Assembly: GCA_044225505.1 (NCBI GenBank)
Contig: JBGAIN010000072.1
Location: forward strand, 1 to 42,305
Reading direction: 5' to 3'
DNA from: Limisphaerales bacterium
Lineage (GTDB): Bacteria; Verrucomicrobiota; Verrucomicrobiia; Limisphaerales; SIBE01
Length of the DNA: 42,305 nucleotides
Within the stretch, counting starts at the first letter, position 1, and the number at the start of each line of letters is the position of its first letter. Under the pieces are notes generated by a model that ran no database searches, had not been told where the DNA came from, and was given only the letters and a program-made list of their open reading frames with translations. Positions 38,906-42,305 of this stretch are shown here, piece after piece. Both the position numbers and the translations under genes were made by a program.

Positions 38906-38999
38906 GCAAGGCCGGTGCAAGGCCGGTGCAAGGCCGGTGCAAGGCCGGTCAGCGAGCGGCCTTGGTTCCGGGATTGCACCGGTTTTGCACCCGGGTTGG
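38906..38999. repeat. Phased 11-nt repeat array: (GCAAGGCCGGT)x4 then four inverted degenerate copies
   Basis: Perfect units at 38906, 38917, 38928 and 38939. Inverted AGCGGCCTTGG, TCCGGGATTGC, ACCGGTTTTGC, ACCCGGGTTGG at 38955-38999. Confidence 0.85.
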
Positions 39000-39074
39000 T
39001 GCGTCCGACTGGCTAGCGACAATCAACATTCTCCAGTGACGACAGTTAAAATTTGCCGGTGGTTCGGGGAGGAT

Positions 39075-39128
39075 TTCGCCACGAATTAGCGCTGAGGCCG
39101 GATGGTCTCAGCGCTAATCCGCGGCGAA
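39075..39128. repeat. Long hairpin (25-bp arms, 22/25 Watson-Crick pairs, 4-nt loop)
   Basis: TTCGCCACGAATTAGCGCTGAGGCC-GGAT-GGTCTCAGCGCTAATCCGCGGCGAA. Confidence 0.65.
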
Positions 39129-39276
39129 TGATAACCAAACAGCAGTACACCGACTCATGAATGAACATCAAGCCCACGGCAATCTCACCGTCAGATGCCG
39201 TTTCGGCAGGTTCATCCGCACATATTGCCGGTCCAAGAGATTCTCCTCCGAGCTGGGAAGCCGAACCGGCGGCCAG

Positions 39277-39323
39277 AATGTTGCACATTTCCGAAACAAA
39301 TTGTCTACAGAGTGTGCAACATT
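39277..39323. promoter_or_regulatory. Inverted operator-like pair upstream of the beta-helix gene
   Basis: AATGTTGCACA (39277-39287) and TGTGCAACATT (39313-39323): perfect 11-bp inverted repeat with a 25-nt spacer. Confidence 0.45.
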
Positions 39324-39427
39324 TCCTGATCCTTCGAGTCGATGGCAGCTCTGCCGGCGCAAACCGAAGGGTGTGACCGGCTGGAACAATCGGTTGAATT
39401 TGCGGCTGGACTGTTCGTCAGAATGCT

Positions 39428-41555
39428 ATGAGCGACGTATCTTCTCATCCTGGGATGGCTCTGCCTACCGCCTATTTCGGTCGCATCGGAGGGTGCTTCG
39501 GCTACGGTTTGCTCGTCTGTCTTTGCACCTTTGGAGTTCAAGGGCAACCGGTGTCAGCCACGCGCGTCGCTCCGCCCGAGGTTCTAAAGCCGGAGGTCAC
39601 GCTGCACGTCGCACCAGATGGGAAACCCGATGGGAACGGATCTCTGCAACAGCCGTTTTTGACACTGGAACAAGCCCGCGATGAACTCCGGAGCCGCAAG
39701 AAAGCGGCCGGCCATGCGGTATCCAGTTTGATCTTAGTGCACGAGGGGGAATACCCTGTTCGCGAGACATTTACACTGACGGCGGAAGATTCCGGAAGTC
39801 GCTCCGCTCCGGTCGTTTTACGAGCGGCCGATCGAGCGAAACCGGTTTTTCGAGGAGGAACCCGCCTCAAGAACTGGCAGCCGCTCCAGGATTCGAAAGC
39901 CAAGGAGATGATACCCAGAGAATTGCAGGGCAAGGTGTGGGAATATGCCCTGACGAGCAATGAGATCGCCAGGGTGCTCCCGTTAAAGTTGGGCGGCTTC
40001 TCAGTGGGAACGGATTCAAGACGCATCCCGCGCATGAACTTTCTTCAACGGAAAGGCAATGCAATTGGCGCGCGGGCCAAATGAAGGATTCTTGAAAGTC
40101 CGAGATGTTGCGGTGAAAGACGGAACCAAGGGTTACGACCGCCAGGGAAGCAAGGTTGGGAAGATTCTTTACGCTGGGGATCAGCCGGACCGGTGGGCGG
40201 CGGAACCAGATCTCCTTCTCTACGGATACTGGTTTTGGGACTGGGCCGATTCCTACGAACGGGTGGCAAGTGTGGATCCGGAGAACAAACGGATCACATT
40301 GGCAGAACCGTGGCATCAGTATGGTTTCAGCGTTGGGGCTCCCTTTTACGCGATCAACGCTCTAAGCGAGTTGGATGCGCCGGGCGAATGGTACCTGGAC
40401 CGACGCAGCTATCGCCTCTACTTCTATGCCCCGTCGGATCCAAACGGCGGTGATGCCGAAATCTCGTGGATGGCAGCGCCGCTCGTGCAGTTGCAGAACA
40501 CCTCCGATATCCGATTTGAGGGATTAACCTGGGAACTGGGCAGCGCCGATGCCATTCGGGTGCAGGCCGGGACAAACTGCCTTTTCGCGGGATGCACGGT
40601 CCGGCGCTGTGCGGGCAACGGGATCGAAATCCAGGGAGGTCGAGCGAATGGTCTGCTCTCGTGTGACATTTACTCGCTGGGGCGCGGAGGGGTGATCCTG
40701 AGCGGTGGAGACCGCAAGACCCTGAAATCCGGCGTGCACTTCGTTGAAAACTGCGACATTCATGGCTTATCCCGGATTGACCACACTTACACGCCGGCCA
40801 TTCTGGTGGAAGGGGTTGGGCTCCGCGTGGCGCACAATCGTCTTCACGAGGTGTTGAGCAGCGCGATGCGCGTGGAAGGCAACGATCATCAAATCGAATA
40901 TAACGAGATTTTCGAAGCGGTCACGGAGTCCGATGACCAGGGCGGCGTGGATATGTTTGGCAATCCCACTTACCGTGGAAACCAATATCGGTTCAATTAC
41001 TGGCATCATATCGGGAACTGGCGCGCCACGGGGGATCAGCCGAAATGCGGGCAAGCGGGTATTCGTCTCGATGACGCGATTTGCGGGACGGTGATTTTCG
41101 GAAACATCTTTGAACGTTGTTCTGCAGGGAAGCTGGGATTCGGTGGGGTGCAAATCCATGGAGGGAAGGAGAACGTCATCGAGAACAATGTATTTATCGA
41201 CTGCGCGGCGGCGGTCAGTTTCAGTCCATGGCCCGAGAAGCGCTGGAGAGAGTTTGTCGCGGGCGCTTTGGATCAACCGGCTATCGATCGCGCGGTTTAC
41301 CTCGAACGTTACCCGGACTTAGCCAGGCTAAACGACGGGGCCAACGTGAATGTGGTGCGGCATAATCGCACGGTGCGCTGCGGCGAATTGTTCCGGCGAG
41401 CGCCGCAGACGGTACAAAGCGAGGACAACGTCGCGTTGCGCGAGGGGGAGTTTAGCCGCGATCCAGCCAATCCCATCTTTAACCAACCCGGATTAGTACG
41501 CATTCCAGTGGAGGAAATCGGGATCTACCAGGATGCCTGGCGGCGTGGACGATAG
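39428..41555 (+). CDS. Secreted right-handed parallel beta-helix protein (GH141-like putative glycoside hydrolase/lyase); two single-base deletions near 40001 and 40041
   Basis: LHVAPDGKPDGNGSLQQPFLTLEQARD, GEYPV..TFTLTAEDSG. The corrected junction reads GFSSGNGFKTHPAHELFFNGKAMQLARGPN. Also YWFWDWAD, ELDAPGEWYLD, IEYNEI..ESDDQG, GIRLDD. Confidence 0.85.
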
Positions 41556-41762
41556 AGCGACGCGGCACCCTGCAACCCGGGCCTCAAAGTTGGCGCCGAG
41601 CTGGACTTCCACGCGTCGTTGACCTACTGCCGCCGGGTGCTGACAACCTGACGTGGTCAGTACAAGCTGTCAATCAGTCGGCCCCCGATTCAAAGACCGG
41701 CGCAACCCGCTCCTCAGGCAAGGGGGTCTCAACCTGTAGCGACAGTCGTTCGAGCAGGGGTC

Positions 41763-42305
41763 TCACCTCGTAGACTCGGTCACCTCGGCGTCGAGGATTG
41801 GAAAGGGGAATTCCGCGGATGGCCGATGCTGCGCTTGCATCAAGCGTTCGAGCATTTGCAGGACGGCAGGATTCTGTCGACTCACATCGGCGGATTCTCG
41901 CGGGTCATCGACAAGGTCGTAGAGCTCGGTCTTCATGTCGGATAGACTTTTGCTTGAGTTGAGATTCTGCCGCACAGCCTTCCAGCGACCGACACGGATG
42001 CACTGTTGGCCTCCATAGGCAGGAAACTCTCGATAGAGGAAGGCTCGCTCCGATTGGTGCTTCCCCGTTAACGTCGGCGCAAAGCTAGTCCCATCGGTAG
42101 GGAATGAAACCGGGCCGCTGACTAATTCCAGCAAGGTCGGCAGCCAGTCTTCGAATCCGGTGACCAAGTCAGAAACTCCGCCAGCGGGCACGTGCCCTGG
42201 CCAGCGAACGATGCATGGAACCCGGAGCCCGCCTTCGTAGACGGACCCTTTCCGACCGCGGAAGGAGCTTGCGGATTGGAAGAACTCGGTGTCCGTCCCC
42301 CCCAA
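41763..42305 (-). CDS. Arylsulfatase, C-terminal part (runs off the window)
   Basis: FRGRKGSVYEGGLRVPCIVRWPG, DWLPTLLEL, DGTSFAPTL, ELYDLVDDPRESADVS. Confidence 0.88.
   Translation of the reverse strand: MGGTDTEFFQSASSFRGRKGSVYEGGLRVPCIVRWPGHVPAGGVSDLVTGFEDWLPTLLELVSGPVSFPTDGTSFAPTLTGKHQSERAFLYREFPAYGGQQCIRVGRWKAVRQNLNSSKSLSDMKTELYDLVDDPRESADVSRQNPAVLQMLERLMQAQHRPSAEFPFPILDAEVTESTR

Noticed and set aside
38906..38999. CRISPR array
   Set aside because: The units are 11 nt, contiguous and lack unique spacers, and there are no cas genes in the window.
232..41503. Numerous long antisense or overlapping ORFs (e.g. 712..1422, 4516..5184, 15344..16147, 28919..29791, 38213..38890)
   Set aside because: They are shadow ORFs of well-supported genes in GC-rich DNA, with no recognisable motifs.

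Overview
A GC-rich bacterial chromosome segment, most likely Verrucomicrobiota (inferred from [18 protein letters not shown] prepilin-like genes, RFYR-tailed secreted proteins, a PEP-CTERM protein and sulfatases). It has three parts. (1) 2.0-15.8 kb is a chemosensory island: a NarL regulator, a REC-DHp protein, two stand-alone receivers, a divergent operon of exported beta-carbonic anhydrase + MCP, and cheW-cheA-cheR-cheD-HDOD-cheB-cheX-REC/REC/STAS. Three matching sigma-28-type promoters (TTAA-N15-[G/T]CCGATA) and a shared TTTCCCG motif tie it together. (2) 15.9-19.1 kb holds pyrF, GTP-dependent PEP carboxykinase and a Zn-ribbon protein. (3) 19.3-42.3 kb is accessory: two tandem cassettes of large secreted DUF4082 protein + paralogous prepilin-like gene, then a Tat oxidoreductase, a DMFase-beta-like protein and a 3xLamG-like protein; then decayed Y1/RAYT transposases, REP-like hairpins and a PEP-CTERM gene; then a third prepilin-like gene, a beta-helix protein and a partial sulfatase. 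Two unusual 4+4 inverted arrays of 11-nt units occur at 5-96 and 38906-38999. Several genes carry single-base indels, mostly in homopolymers, which suggests long-read assembly errors. No rRNA, tRNA or CRISPR array was seen. All domain calls are by motif recognition only; no database searches were run.
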